Source: Chiloscyllium plagiosum (lineage: Eukaryota). From it: a stretch of DNA of 57,236 nucleotides. The notes under the pieces were generated by a model. That model was not told the DNA's origin, ran no database searches, and worked only from the letters and a program-made list of their open reading frames with translations. Positions 23,864 through 37,719 of this stretch are shown piece after piece; position 1 is the first letter of the stretch; each line of letters starts with the position of its first letter. Made by a program: the position numbers and the translations under genes. The stretch is taken from NCBI RefSeq assembly GCF_004010195.1, contig NC_057724.1, forward strand, positions 3,445,087 to 3,502,322. Direction: 5' to 3'.

Positions 23864-24072
23864 CAAGGTGAAGCAAGATGCCTGGCCCCTGTAGTATCCC
23901 TATAATAGAGATTTTTAATTTTATTTTAATTGTTTATGGGTTTTAGATTAGATTAGATTAGATTAGATTACAGAGTGGAAACAGGCCCTTCGGCAAGGTG
24001 AAGCAAGATGCCTGGCCCCTGTAGTATCCCTATAATAGAGATTTTTAATTTTATTTTAATTGTTTATGGGTT
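23864..24072. repeat. 79-bp direct duplication flanking a 51-bp HE1 SINE tail
   Basis: 23864-23942 is identical to 23994-24072; the insert is (TTAGA)n+cagagtggaaacaggcccttcgg. Confidence 0.9.
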
Positions 24073-24373
24073 GACGGCTTTGCTAGCCAAGTCAGCATTT
24101 ATTGCCCATCCTTCATTGCCCAGAGGATAGTAACAAGGCACCCACTTTGCTCTGGGTTTGGTATCCAGACAAAGGCGGCAGATTTCCTTACCTAAAGGAC
24201 ATTCCTGAACCAGATGGATTTTATGACATTTGGCAGCCATTAAGCGATTACTCTTATACTAGCTTCTTATTCTAGATTTTTAATGAATTCAATTTTCACA
24301 TCTGCCATGGTGGGGTTCTAACCCATATACTCAGCAGCATGACCAGTCCAGTGACTTTATCTCTATATCACCG

Positions 24374-24681
24374 TGGGTGGCACAGTGGCTAGCACTGCTG
24401 CCTCACAGCGCCAGAGACCCGGGTTCATTTCCCGCCTCAGGCGACTGACTGTGTGGAGTTTGCACATTCTCCCCGTATCTGCGTGGGTTTCCTCCGGGTG
24501 CTCCGGTTTCCTCCCACAGTCCAAAGATGTGCAGGTCAGGTGAATTGGCCATGCTAAATTGCCCGTAGTGTTAGGTAAGGGGTAAATGTAGGGGTATGGA
24601 TGGGTTGCGCTTCAGCGGGTCGGTGTGGACTTGTTGGGCCGAAGGGCCTGTTTCCACACTGTAATGTAATCTAATCTAATC
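24374..24681 (+). mobile_element. HE1-type SINE, near full length
   Basis: ggtggcacagtggctagcactgctgcctcacagcgccagagacccgggttc...ccacactgtaatgtaatctaatctaatc. Confidence 0.85.
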
Positions 24682-24765
24682 ACTGCTTGCTCAGACCAGA
24701 TCTCCCTTTTTTATGCTGAAAGCAGTAAATGAATGCCCTTTCCTTCTGTTCTGCAGCTCTCCACC

Positions 24766-24904
24766 ATGGACAGTGCCACTGAGGGTTATCATTTTTACAT
24801 CGGGCTTGCTCTTGCCATCAGTTCCAGCATTTTCATCGGAAACAGTTTCATCCTGAAGAAGAAGGGGCTGCTACGCCTGGCCAGCAAGGGGGTGATCAGA
24901 GCAG
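24766..24904 (+). CDS. Magnesium transporter NIPA2-like, coding exon 1 (exon acceptor at 24757)
   Basis: Kozak ccaccATGG; [47 protein letters not shown]; donor G|gtgaga; 139 nt. Confidence 0.92.
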
Positions 24905-25289
24905 GTGAGAGGGTAGCAGAGAACCCTGACAGTCAGACAGACACCAGCAAATCACTGGTGGAGCTGGCTCTTAGACATGCTTTTGAAGTAGAAATTTACA
25001 AGTACTTTTCAGTTTCACTTGTACTGCGTTCTGCTGTCATCATAGTCTGGCACTGACCCATCCCTCATTCATCAGTCCCTTTGTGCTCTGGAGAACAGGT
25101 ACTTTGGTGACACAAGGACATGCTATGACTGAGTCCTCACACAGAGCAACACTGTAAAAGGCTTAATGTTGCACTCGTACTACTTTATCAACTCACTTGC
25201 TGCATTCATACTGACACTGTCCCATTTCACTGAAGGTGCTCTCTCTACTCATCTTCTAAAGGTAATGATTGTGCTCTCCCCCTTTGAAG

Positions 25290-26412
25290 GTGCTGACCCT
25301 CTCTGCCCTTTTCTCGATTGTGCTAACTTCTGCCCACCCCTCCCTCGAGTTGCTTACTCCACACCCCTCTGCTAAAGGAGTTTGGACTGTCTGCTACTTA
25401 AAACAACAATGCTCTCCAGTACACCCCCTCCACATCCCAAACTTCCGCCCTTGAATCCCATCCCTTCAACTATAACAGGAATAGTACACCCCGCACCCAC
25501 CAGTCCTTACTTTGCATTCCACCAATTTCCAGATACAACGCATCATCCACTGCCATTTCCGCCACCTACAGTCAGACTCCACCACAAGAGATATATTTCC
25601 CTCCCAACCCCTAACAGGATTCCACAGAGACTATTCCCTCCACGACTTCCTTGTTAGGTCGACACCCCCCATCAACCCATCCTCCACTCTCGGCAACTTT
25701 CCTTACCACCACAAGAGTTGTAAAACCTACCCCCTTCACCTCCATCCAAGGCCCCAAAGAATCCTTCCACATCTGGCAGAGATTTTCCTGCACATCCAAA
25801 CACCTCACCTACTGTGTCCATTGCTCTCGATGTGGTCCCCTCTACATTGGGGAGGCAGGATGCCAACTTGTGGAATGTTTCTGAGAACACCTCTTGGACA
25901 CCTGCACCAAACAACCCCACCGCCTCATGACCGGCCAAGGACGTGCAAGCCTCCTCCACTGTCAAATCCACTGTCAAATCCACTATCAAATCCAAGCCAG
26001 CCGACTCCTGGAGGAAGAATGCCTCATCTTCCCCCTTGGGACTCTCCAAGCACACGGGACTAATTTGGATTTCACCAGTTTCCACATCTCCACTCCCCAC
26101 ATCTTATCCCACATCCAACTCTCCAGCTCAGCACCATCATCTTGAACTGTCCTACCTGTCCATCTTCCTTCCAACCTACCCGTTTCATCCTCCACTCTGC
26201 CCTATTACCATCACCCCCCCGCACCTCCGTTTACGTATCGCCTTCCCAGCTACCTAGCCCCCAGCCCCATTTTCCCCCCCCCCCCTCCTATTTATTTGTC
26301 TGCCCTCTTGGCCCTGCCCCATTCCTGATGAAGGACCTATGCCCAATCCTGTTCCTTAGATGCTGCCTGACCTGCAGGAGCAGGATTGGGCATACGTCTT
26401 TCATCAGGAATG
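25290..26412 (+). mobile_element. Penelope-like element 3' part (GIY-YIG), ending in a short fold-back
   Basis: FSCTSKHLTYCVHCSRCGPLYIGEAG; terminal attcctgatgaagg...gcccaatcctg is inverted at 26381-26412. Confidence 0.75.
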
Positions 26413-26434
26413 GAGCAAGGCCACACTTCTTAAC

Positions 26435-27240
26435 GGTTTTTGGGAAGAGTTATAGCTCAGGTTGATGATAAGTAAGTAAGTTAGCTCGCTGAACTTGAAG
26501 GGTTGTTTTCAAACATTTGTCACCATACTAAGTAACATCATCAATGAGAGTCTCCGGTGAAGCGCTGGTGGTATGTCCTGTCTCTCAATTTATAGGTCTT
26601 GGTTTTCTTAATATGGGTGATATCATTTCTGGTTCTTTTTTTTTTCAGGGAAAGGTAGATAGGATCTAAATCAATGTGTTTATTGATGGAGTTCTGGTTA
26701 GAACTTCATGTCTCTAAGAATTCTTGTACGTGTCTTTGTTTCGCCTGCCCTCGGATGTGTGTGTTGTCCCTGTCAAAGTGGTGTCCTCCTTTGTCTGTAT
26801 GTATAGAAACTAGTGATAGTGGGTCGTGTCTTTTGGTGGCTAGTTAGTGTTCATGTATCCTGGTGGCAAGTTTCCTGCTAGTTTGTCCGATATAGTGTTT
26901 TTTTTACAGTTCATGCATGATATCTCGTAAATGATGTTAGTTTTGCTGGTAGTGTCTAATGAATCCTTTAGGTTCATTAGTCGCTGATTGTGTGTTGGTA
27001 GGTTTATGGGCTACCATGATGCTAAGGGGTCTGAGTAGTTTGGAAGTCATTTCTGATATGTCTTTGATGTAAGGTAATGTGGCCATAGATTTTGGTTGTG
27101 TTGTGTCAGCTTGTTTGGGTTTGTTTTTGAGGAATCGGTGGATTGTTTAAATTGGGTACCCATTTTTCTTGAAAACATTGTATAGATATTTTTCTTCTGC
27201 TTTCTGTAGTTCTTGGGTGCTGCAATGTGATGTAGCTTTG
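26435..27240 (-). mobile_element. Penelope-like element 3' part
   Basis: Reverse-complement homolog of about 31545-32240 (KKNGYP, LPYIKDISE, GIY-YIG region, terminal repeat). Confidence 0.8.
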
Positions 27241-30200
27241 TCTATTTATCCTATCCATGCCTGTCATGAGTGTATAAACTTCTATAAGGTCACCCCTCAG
27301 TCTCCAATGCTCCAGGAAAAACAGCCCCAGCCTATTCAACCTCTCCCGACGGCTCAAATCCTCCAACCCTGGCAACATCCTTGTAAATCTTTTCTGAGCC
27401 CTTCCAAGTGTCACAACAACCTTCCAATAGGAAGGAGAACAGAATTACACGCAATATTCTAAAAGTGGCCCAACCAATGTCCTGTACAGCCGCAACATGA
27501 CCTCCCAACTCCTGTTCTCAATACTCTGACCGATAAAGGAAAGCATACTAAACACCTTCTTCATTACCTTATCTACCAGTGACTCCACTTTCAAAGTGCT
27601 ATGAACCTGCACTCCAAGGTCTCTTTGTTAAGCCACACGCCGTAGGACCTTAGTGTATAAGTCCTGCTAAGATTTGCTTTCCCAAAATGCAGCACCTCAC
27701 ATTTATCTAAATAAAACTTCATCTGCCACTCTCAGCCCATCTGATCAAGATTCCGCTGTAATCTGAGGTAACCCTCTTCGCTGTCCACTACACCTCCAAT
27801 TTTGGTGTCACCTGCAAACTTACTAACTATACCCCAGATGCTCACATCCAAATCTTTATATAAATGACAAAACGTAGTGGACCCAGCACCGATCCTTGTG
27901 GACCCACTGGTCACACGCCTCCAGTCTGAAAAACATCCCTCCACTACCATCCTCTGTCTTATGCCTTTGAGCCAGTTCTGTATCCAAATGGCTAGTTCTC
28001 CCTGTAATACATGAGATCTAATCTTGCTAACCAGTCCCCCATGGGGAACCTTATCGAATGCCTTACTGAAGTTAGTGTAGATCACATCTACCACTCTACC
28101 CTCATCAATTTTCTTTGTTACTTTTTCAAGAAACTCAATCAAGTTTGTGAGATTTCCCATGCACAAAGCCATGTTGACAATCCCTAATCAGTCCTTGTCT
28201 TTCCAAATACATGTACATCCTATCCCTCAGGATTCCCTCCAACAACTTGCCCACTACCGATGTCAGGCTCACTGGTCTATAGTTCCCTGGCTATAGGCTA
28301 TAGGGCTAAGGGAATAGGGATAACCCCGGGAATTACAGTCCAGTTAGTCTTACTTCGGTGGTAGGCAAAGTAATGGAAAGGGTACTGAGGGATAGGATTT
28401 ATTAGTATCTGGAAAGACACTGCTTGATTAGGGACAGCCAGCATGGATTTGTGAGGGGTAGGTCTTGCCTTACAAGTCTTATTGAATTCTTTGAGGAGGT
28501 GACCAAGCATAGGTTCAAGCGCCTGATTGGGCTCTGCCTGCTCCTATTTAACAGCTCGATGTGCTGACCAGACCCAACCTCTTCCTTGGAACAGGCAGGA
28601 GAATTGAATGTGTTGTCCCTCTTCTTGATCAGTAATTTCGATGGGCTGAATAGCTTCCAAATATCAGTGCGTAACAAGCTTGAGATGCTGAATGAGCTTC
28701 TCTTTTAACTGTGGAAATGTACAGTATCTGTCCGTGCTGTTGTATGAATGTCACAGGCACTTTAACAGCACATGACTGAATTTTGTCCAGGTTTTGCTGC
28801 ACATGGACACAGATTGGTTCAGGAGCTGAGGGGGTGAGGGGCACATTGTTCTGAACATTGTGTGATCTTCAGTAACCCTCCCAACTTCTGATCTTGTGAT
28901 GGCGAAAGACATTGATGAAACAGCTGAAGGTGTTTGTGCTAAGGAACTAACCTAAGGATCTCCTGAAGAAATGTCCGGGGACTGAGAAGACTGTCGACCA
29001 TTGATCTCAAGCATCTTTCTTTGTACTCTGAAAGACCCCAACGAGTCGGGAGGTTACACCTAATTCCCATTCAGCTCAAATATATAGGTTGTCCCGATGA
29101 CACCCTCAGTCAAATATTGCCTTTATATCGTGGCCATTCACTCTTCCCTGAGCCCCTATGTTCAACTCTTGTTCATATCAATAGGTGACGGTGCATTTCT
29201 TCTCACAGAGGATAATAGCTTTAAATTAAGGTTGTGTAGGTATAGGACAGATGTTAGGGGTAGGTTCTTTACTCAGCGAGTCGTGAGGGCATGGAATGCG
29301 CTGCCTGTGGGAGTGGCAGAATCAGAATCATTGGTGACCTTTAAGCGGCAATTGGATAGGTACATGGATGGGTGCTTAAGCTAGGACAAATGTTCGGCAC
29401 AACATCGTGGGCCGAAGGGCCTGTTCTGTGCTGTATTGTTCTATGTTCTTGTCCTTACCGCTCATCTTAAACAGTAGCATCACGTTTGCCAACCTCCAGT
29501 CTTCCGGCATCTTACCCGTGACTATCAATGATACAAATATTTCAGCAAGGGCCCAGTAATCACTTCCCACAGAATTCTAGGGCACATCTGATCAGGGCCT
29601 GGGGATTTATCCACTTTTTCGTGTTTCAAGACATCCAGCACCACCACCTCTGTAATATGAACATTTTTCAAGATGTCACCATCTATTTCCAAACATTCTA
29701 CACCTTTCTTGTCCTTTTCCATAGTAAACACTGATGCAAAATACTCGTTTAGTATCTTCCCCCATCTCCTGCGGCTTCACACAAAGGCTGCCTCCCTGAT
29801 CTTTGAGGGGCCCTACTCTCCTCCTTAGTTACCCTTTCGTCCTTAATGTATTTATAAAAGCCTTTTGGATTTTCCTTAACTCTATTTGCCAAAGCTATCT
29901 CATGTCCTTTTTTTGCCCTCCTGATTGCCCTCTTATATATACTGCTACTGCCTCTATACTCTTCTAAGGATTCATTTGATCTATCCTGTCTATACCTGAC
30001 ATATGCTTCCTCCTTTGTCTTAACCAAACCCTCAATTTCTCTAGTCAGCCAGCATTCCCTATACCTACCAGCCTTTCCTTTCACCCTGTCTCTGGACTCT
30101 CGTTATCTTATTTCTGAAGGCTTCCCATTTTACAGCAGTCTTGTTACCTGCACACTTCTGTCCCTAATCAGCTTTTGAAAATCTTTGCCTAACACCGTCG

Positions 30201-30443
30201 AAATTAGCCTTTCTCCAATTTAGAACTTCAACTTTTAGATCTGGTCTATCCTATTCCATCACTATTTTAAAACTAATAGAATTATGGTTGCTGGCCACAA
30301 AGTGCTCCCCCACTGACACCTCAGTCACCTGCCCTGCCTTATTTTCCAAGAGTAGGTCAAGTTTTGCAACTTCTCTAGTAGCTACCTCCACATATTGAAT
30401 CAGAAAATTTTCTTGTACACACTTAACAAGTTCCTCTCCATCT
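27241..30443 (-). mobile_element. CR1-type LINE segments (27241-28290, 29446-30443) with intervening + strand CR1 pieces and other old repeat
   Basis: DVIYTNFSKAFDKVPHG, KFAGDTKIGG, KSPGPDQ, AKLDLLL, SNHNSISF. Confidence 0.75.
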
Positions 30444-30444
30444 A

Positions 30445-32241
30445 CTGCATCTACTTTAAGCCAAAAAAAGGAAGGAAACATACTTAATGCTCAAGAAAAT
30501 AAAGCCTTAGAAAGACTTAAAAAAAAGACAAAAACATTATTATCCTATCTGCAGACAAGGGACGCATGACCGTTATTTTATATCAATACGACTATCTTGA
30601 AAAGGCAAATGCTCTGCTTGCAGATACTGACACTTAACGGCTAATGGCGATCGACCCAACCCCACAACGACTAAACAAAATCTTATCCTTTCTCACAGCA
30701 CTTTATAAAATCAGGAGAATTAAACAGCACAGTCTTCCAAAACATGAAACCAGATGGATCCAACACACCACACCTCCATGAATTACCAAAAACACACAAA
30801 CCTGGTGTCCCCCTCAGACCTATAGCCTCCCTACCTGGTACACAAACATACAGACTAACCAAAAACTAAAACACCTAATTGAAGATTCACGTCACTCCAT
30901 TCACTCCACCCAAGAATTCTTGAAAACCACAAACACACCAAGATAGAAGAGGACAAAATAACGATCTCCATTGACTTTACAGCCTTTTTCACATCAATTA
31001 ACATTGATGTAGCCAGAGAAACACTGGCATCACTACAAGGAAATTGAGGACCACAAACACCAGACAGCACCAACTTCATCAGCAAAGATAACATCCTCAA
31101 ACGAGTGGACCTGTGTCTTACCACCTCCTTCACATTTAATAAAAAAGACCTACAAATAAATCAACGGACCATCTATGGGATCACCAATATCAGGACGCAT
31201 AGTTGAGCAGTAATGCAAAGACTTGAACAAGCTTCCCTCCCATCTATCCAACTCAAACGTTAGGTCTGGTACGTAGATGACACCTTTTGTCATCACAAAA
31301 CGGAACAGAATAGAGGAAATATACAACACCATCATCAATATCCTGACAGGCATAGAATTCACAAAACAGGAGGAGAACGACAACAGACTCCCATTCCTAG
31401 ATGTGACGGTTGAACGTACAGTTAACGGAGAGCTTCAAACCAGTGTCTACAGAAAAACAACAAACACGGACCAAATACTTAACTTCAGAAGCAATCAACC
31501 CAACACCCACAAACAGAGCTGCATCAAGACATTACTTCAACGAGCTACATCACACTGCAGCACCCAAGAACTACAAAATGCAGAGGAAAAATACCTATAC
31601 AATGTTTTCAAGAAAAACGGGTACCCAATAAACACAATCTGCCGATTCCTCAGAAACAAACCCAAATAAGCAGACACTATGCAAACAAAATCTATAGCCA
31701 CATTATCTTACTTCAAAAACATCTCAGAAATGTCTTCCAGACTACTCAGACCTCTTGGCATCATGGTAGCCCACAAACCTACCAACAAACTTAAACAGCT
31801 ACTAATGAACATAAAGAATCCATTAGATGCTACCAGCGAAACCAATGTCATTTACAAGATACCATGCAAGAACTCTTTTTAAAAAACCACTACATTGGAC
31901 AAACTACCAGGAAACGTGCCACCAGGATACATGAATACCAACTTGCTACCAAAAGACATCCTAGGACAGGCAAAACAAAGACATTCATGAGAATTCGTAG
32001 AGGCATGGCATTCTAACCAGATCTCCATCAAGGAACACATTAATTTAGATCATATCTACCTTGCCTTGGTAAAAAGAATTGGAAATGACATCACCCACCT
32101 AAAGAAACCAAGACCTATAAATAGAGAGGTGGGACAATCCGCCAACGCTTCCCCAGAGACTGTCACTGATGATGTTACCTAGTGTGGTGATGAAACATCT
32201 GAAAACAAACATTCAAGCTCAGTGAGCTAACTTACATACTT
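30445..32241 (+). mobile_element. Penelope-like element, RT + GIY-YIG + terminal repeat (decayed)
   Basis: ILSADKGR, PLRPIAS, MGSPISG, YVDDTFV, LPFLDV, VYRK, NVIYKIPC, YIGQT. Confidence 0.88.
32163..32202 (+). ncRNA. Hammerhead motif (CpG-decayed stem III)
   Basis: UCA-CUGAUGA-U-GUUACC-UAGUGU-GGUGAU-GAAA-CAUC-UGA. Confidence 0.55.
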
Positions 32242-33809
32242 ACACTTTTTAACCTTACTAACCAGTCTACCGTGGAGGACCCTTGTCGAAGGCCATTTCG
32301 AATGTTTACCATTCTGCCTTCATCTGTTGTCTTGGTAATGTTTTCAAAATTGTGAGACACGATTTCTCATGCTCAAAGTCCTGATGACTATTCGTAATCA
32401 GTCCTTGCCTTTCCAAATGCATATAAACGCTGTGTCTCAGAAACCCCTCCTCCAACCCACCCACCACTGACGTCAGATTCACTGGTCTCTAGTTCCCTGG
32501 CTTTTCCTTCCAGTCTGTCTTAAAAAGTGGCACAACATTAAGCACCCTCCAATCTCCCAGAACCTCACCCATGGCCGTCAGTGATACAGTTAACTCGGCC
32601 TCCAAATCTCTTCCCTAGCTTCCCATAATGTTCTGCAGTACTACTGATGAGGCTTGCTTCTATCCCAATGACATTATAATGTTCCCAACCTCAGTCATAA
32701 TGTTCCATACCGTGACATCACAATCCTGACTGGGAATAATGAGCTGGAAATCATATGCCACAAAGCCATGCTTTGGCACAAGTAAGAAATATGACCAGTT
32801 TAATCTCTAGCATGTTTAGTATCTTTGACAGTGACCACGCAAGGATAAAAGAAACTCGCACAAGGTTTCGTCAGTCTTCAAGAATATCAGAAACTTATTA
32901 TATCAAACTTATCGTCTGATATGTGGCAATAAAATGATTAATTATTAATGCAATCTTAAACTATATCCCCTTTAAATGTAAACAATTAGCCGTGCGCATA
33001 GGTTAGATAGACAGATGAAGCAAACCGTTTTATTTAAGAATATCTTGTTGGAAAAATACAGGCAACAAAGTCTATTGATCAAAGTCTCAGCCAAACAGTG
33101 TGGAATTAAGTGACTTCTCACAGTTCATTTTCGGGGGAGGGGAGGGGAGGGGAGGGGTCATGTATTGACTGATGAATCTTAGTTCCGTAACTGGTCAGTT
33201 GAACCTACGTGATGGCTTGAATTAAAGACTTTTACATTTGGAATAATGTATAAATCTTGTTTTCAATCAAAAAGAGAGGAAGATCCTGCTTGCCTCCATA
33301 TTTTTGAAGGTCTGAGCTCAGGCCTGTGATAAACTGCATTTAAACTAATACACAGCTTGTTGCAGAGGAGTCTTTTTTTCTTTTTCAAGATAATCAATTC
33401 CAGTTCCAGCAGGAAAACGCCACCATACAGTTTCACTTTCCTTCCAATTATATTTTAAAAAAGTTACAATCAAAGCCCCCCAGTTTCTGGTTTATATTTT
33501 AAAATAAATTATCTGTAGTCCATGCACCAAATTGATGTGACTGACTATAGGGCATTTTCATGACCATGGACCATAATCCCCGATTGCCTGTGGACCTACC
33601 TAACTTTAATTACAATGTGCTCGTTTTTCAAAACTAAAAGAAATGTAAAGGGAAAGGTTGATCTCAGATGCAAATTCAGTGACTGTCTGGGGACAGAGAG
33701 AGACTCTGGAAAGTCATATCTCTTGAGCTGTTAATGACACTTCAGTGGCAGAAAATGCACTGCGAACTGAACTTGTAACTGTAGAGTTATAGAGTGTTAC
33801 ATCATGAAG

Positions 33810-34682
33810 TAGTGGACAGCTAAGATGATTACATCAGAGTACAACGGGATCTTGATCAGGTGGGCCAATGGGCCGAGGAGTGGCAGATTTAATTTAGATA
33901 AATGTGAGGTGCTGCATTTTGGAAAGGCAAATCAGGGCAGGACTTATACACTTAATGGTAAGGTCCTGGGGAGTGTTGCTGAACAAAGAGTCCTTGCATT
34001 GCAGGTTCATAGTTCCCCGAAAGTGGAGTCGTATGTAGACAAGATAGTGAAGAACTTATTTGGTATGCTTGGCTTTATTGGTATAGGAGGTGGGAGGTCA
34101 TCTTGCGGCTGTAGAGGACATTGGTTAGGCCACTTTTGGAATATTGTATGCAATTCTGGTCTCCCTCCTATAGGAAGGATGTTGCAAAACTTGAAAGGGT
34201 TCAGAAAAGATTTACAAGGATGTTCCTAGTGTTGGAGGGTTTGAACTAATAGGGAAAGGCTGAATAGGCTGGGGCTGTTTTCCCAGGAGCTTTGGAGGTT
34301 GAGCGGTGACCTTTATGGAGGTTATAAAATTATGAGGGCAATGGATATGGTAAACAGACAAGGTCTTTTCTCTGGGTTGGGGGAGTGCAGAACTCAAGGG
34401 TATAGATTTAGGGTGAGAGGGCAAAGATATAAAAGGGACCTAAGGGTCAACTTTTTCACACAGAGGGTAGTGCATGTATGGAATGAGCTGCCAGGGGAAT
34501 TTGTGGAGACCAATGCAATTACAACATTGAAAAGGCATGTGGTTAGATATATACATAGGAAGGGTTTAGAGGGGTATGGGCCAAGTGCTGGCAAATGGGA
34601 CTAGATTAATTTAGGATATTGGGTCAGCATGAACAAGTTGGACTGAAGGGTCTGTTTCTGTGCTGTACATTTCTATGACTCT
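33810..34682 (+). mobile_element. CR1-type LINE 3' part
   Basis: FNLDKCEVLHFG, FFTQRVVHVWNELP; tail gggtctgtttctgtgctgtacatttctatgact. Confidence 0.85.
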
Positions 34683-34946
34683 TACCATGGAAAGAGGCCC
34701 TTCAGTCCATCATGTCCATGTCAATCATAAATCACTTATCTATTTACATCCTATTTCCTCGCACTTTGTCTTTAACCTTGTTTGTATGGTGCTTCAATTT
34801 TCATCTAAATATTTCTCAAACACTCTACTGGTTTCTGTGTCTACTAGAGACCCAAGTGAAGCCTCCAGTATGTCATGAGACATGGCCTTCCAGTCGGCAC
34901 ACTCTTGCCCATATGTCCATTTAGAATTGTTTGTCATATTGCCTGG

Positions 34947-35242
34947 ATTAGATTCCCTACAGTGTGGAAACAGGCCCTTCAGCCCAACAAGTCCACACCG
35001 ACCCTCCGAAGAGTAACCCACCCAGACACATTTCCCTCTGACTAGTGCACCTAACACTACGGGCAATTTAGCATAGCAAATTCACCTGACCTGCACATCT
35101 TTAGACTGTGGGGGGAAACCGGAGGAAACCCACGCAGACACGGGGAGAATGTGCAAACTCCACACAGCCTGAGGCTGGAATTGAACCTGGGACCCTGGTG
35201 CTGTGAGGCAGCAGTGCTAACCACTGAGCCAAAATGCCGCCC
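34947..35242 (-). mobile_element. HE1-type SINE, full length
   Basis: attagattccctacagtgtggaaacaggccc...ctaaccactgagccaaaatgccgccc. Confidence 0.85.
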
Positions 35243-37019
35243 AGATACCTACCTACATGCAATCGAGATCTTGCCAAAAGTCTTACTGAAGTCTGTTTGG
35301 ACTACATCCCTGCACAGTCCTCATCTCACACCTAGTCACATCCTCAAAAAATTCAATGAAGTTTGTGAAAGATGATTTTCCCCCGAACAAAGCCATGTTT
35401 ACTATCCTTAATACATCTTGTCACTCCAAGTGGAGAAAAGTTCTGTCCTTCAGAAGTTTTTCTAAAAGTTTCTCTCCCAATGATATTAGATGCCACATTA
35501 ATTATGTTGCAACCCTCTGGCACCTCACACCAAACAGTTTGAAAATTCATGTCAGAGTCCGTTCAATTTTTCTTCCTACCTCTCCCTCACCTCCCACAGC
35601 AATCTTGTGAAAGTCGGTCAGTCTGTGAACATGGTACTAAAATTGTCAGCATTCTGGATGAGAAATAAAATTGATGTTACATATTTTCAAGAATAAACAG
35701 AGTTATGAGTTAAATCCTGGTGTGTTTGTTTGTGGTCTAACACACTAGTATGCTGATCAGTGTGCTGTGAGAATCACAACACTTTCATCAGCCGTTAAAA
35801 CACCTCTGCACTGTAGGTCAAAGATAAAGGAAAAGACTTCACTCTTAGTGCTGCCAACTGCAGAAAGGGTTAGAGGACAATGATATTTCAATCATTTACA
35901 AAGTTAAGAATCTAGAAATCGACTGTTCCGTTACTAAAGTTAACACTTCCAGTAACATCCATAAGAACAGCTTCAATGTTCAAATGTCCACTTTTTACAA
36001 ACAATTCAGATACTGGTCATATTTTCTTTGTAACCTCCATCTCACTAGACGTATTTCTTATTTGTGTATTGTTTTCCCGTGTCTTTTTCATGTTTTGTAA
36101 TTAATACTCACGTTTTAATTCAGAAACATTTGCTTAAATTTACTCCTTTATAAAGCATAAAGTTCATTTGGGTCTGGGAGAAAGATATCTAAAAGGAAAG
36201 GTTTTCCTTTTAAATTAAACTTAGTATGATCAACTGAGGGATGTTGCAAGTAATCAACAGGAGCCTCCTCCCCTAGAATTTGGTTTTGAGGTGTTGCACC
36301 TGAAACAGTAACAGACAGGGGTGCTTGCCTGGGAATAGGATTGAATCTGTGCCTTATCTTTGTCACTGGTTTCCATTAAACTAATGAGGGGAGCAGTCTT
36401 CACACTGACGTGTCCTGACATTTCCTCCTCTCTTGAAAGATATCACCACAGCAAGGTGAAGAGTTATTGGGGTTACCAGTGTAAGTCGATGGTTCTGCAT
36501 TGTAACTCTATACAGGCAGGGTGTTGTTAGAAGAATACAGAGGGTCAATTTTTAACCAGCTGATTAACTCGTATCTTTCTTTTTAAAACTGGAAACCTTG
36601 GGATGTCCAACCTCCTCCGCAATAACACCATCTCCACCGCCAACTAGAAGAAGATTAAGAAAAAGAAAGAAAATGAATGGAAAGAGAAAGGAGGATGCAG
36701 CCACCCTGGAGCAGATGGGCTCAGGAGCTTGAATGCTACCTGGCATGTTGGCGCTGCTATCTAATATTCTAATCCACTTGACAGACAAACTGAAACTGAA
36801 CCTAGTGGTGGTTCCACATTCAAAGAGGGTGGCACATTAGACACCACCAATCTCCTGCTTAGCAGTAGATCCATTACTTGCTCTCATGGCAAGGGATATG
36901 GATGTGTATGGGATACGTATGGAGCATATGTATAATGTAGGACCATGGTAGATTGTGAATGGGTGGGGATTGTAATGATGCAAGCTCTCCGGCTGTGCCA
37001 CTTAGTGTAGTTTGTTTAA

Positions 37020-37133
<114 letters not shown>

Positions 37134-37719
37134 TAACCCACATTTGTTGACAATTTTGCACTAGCTGGGGCAGTGTTGAGGAGGGTCACAACTCAGGGTT
37201 AAGGATGCTGGATATGGTTCACCTTAAACAAAATCTATATGTACAAGGAACAGCAGATTGCAACCCATTGCTCTGTATTATTTATTCCAACTCATCTTTG
37301 CAATCTCAGCTTCTTCCTCTTTCCCCCCCCCCCCCCTCCCCTTCCAAGTCCCCCTGCTTACCTTCCTCCCTCAGGGTCTTCCTGGTCCCACCCACCTCCC
37401 TTACTGTCTTCCCGTTGGCCCTGTCCTTCTATTACAAGGTTTATAAAATCATGTTAACTTGGTGAAAAAGGAAGTTCAAGGCCTAGAAGATGTGACTGTT
37501 AAAGACTAAAAGGCAGCCATGTTCATTTTACTGAAAAAAATATATGGTGTTCTCACTTGGGAGACTTTTGCAGCAGCACCTATTCCAAAAGGTTTTGAAA
37601 ATGTCAGGTTGTCAACAGTTATGCTTAAAATTGTCCATTTATTTCCATGTTTCAAGGGATTTTGGGGTCTCAAGAGTAACTAACAAGTATTTCTCCCTGA
37701 ATACAAAGTCCATGTGATT

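Noticed and set aside
25955-25993. (tccactgtcaaa)x3 and similar micro-duplications (41720-41770, 53435-53452)
   Set aside because: Slippage duplications inside dead retroelements.
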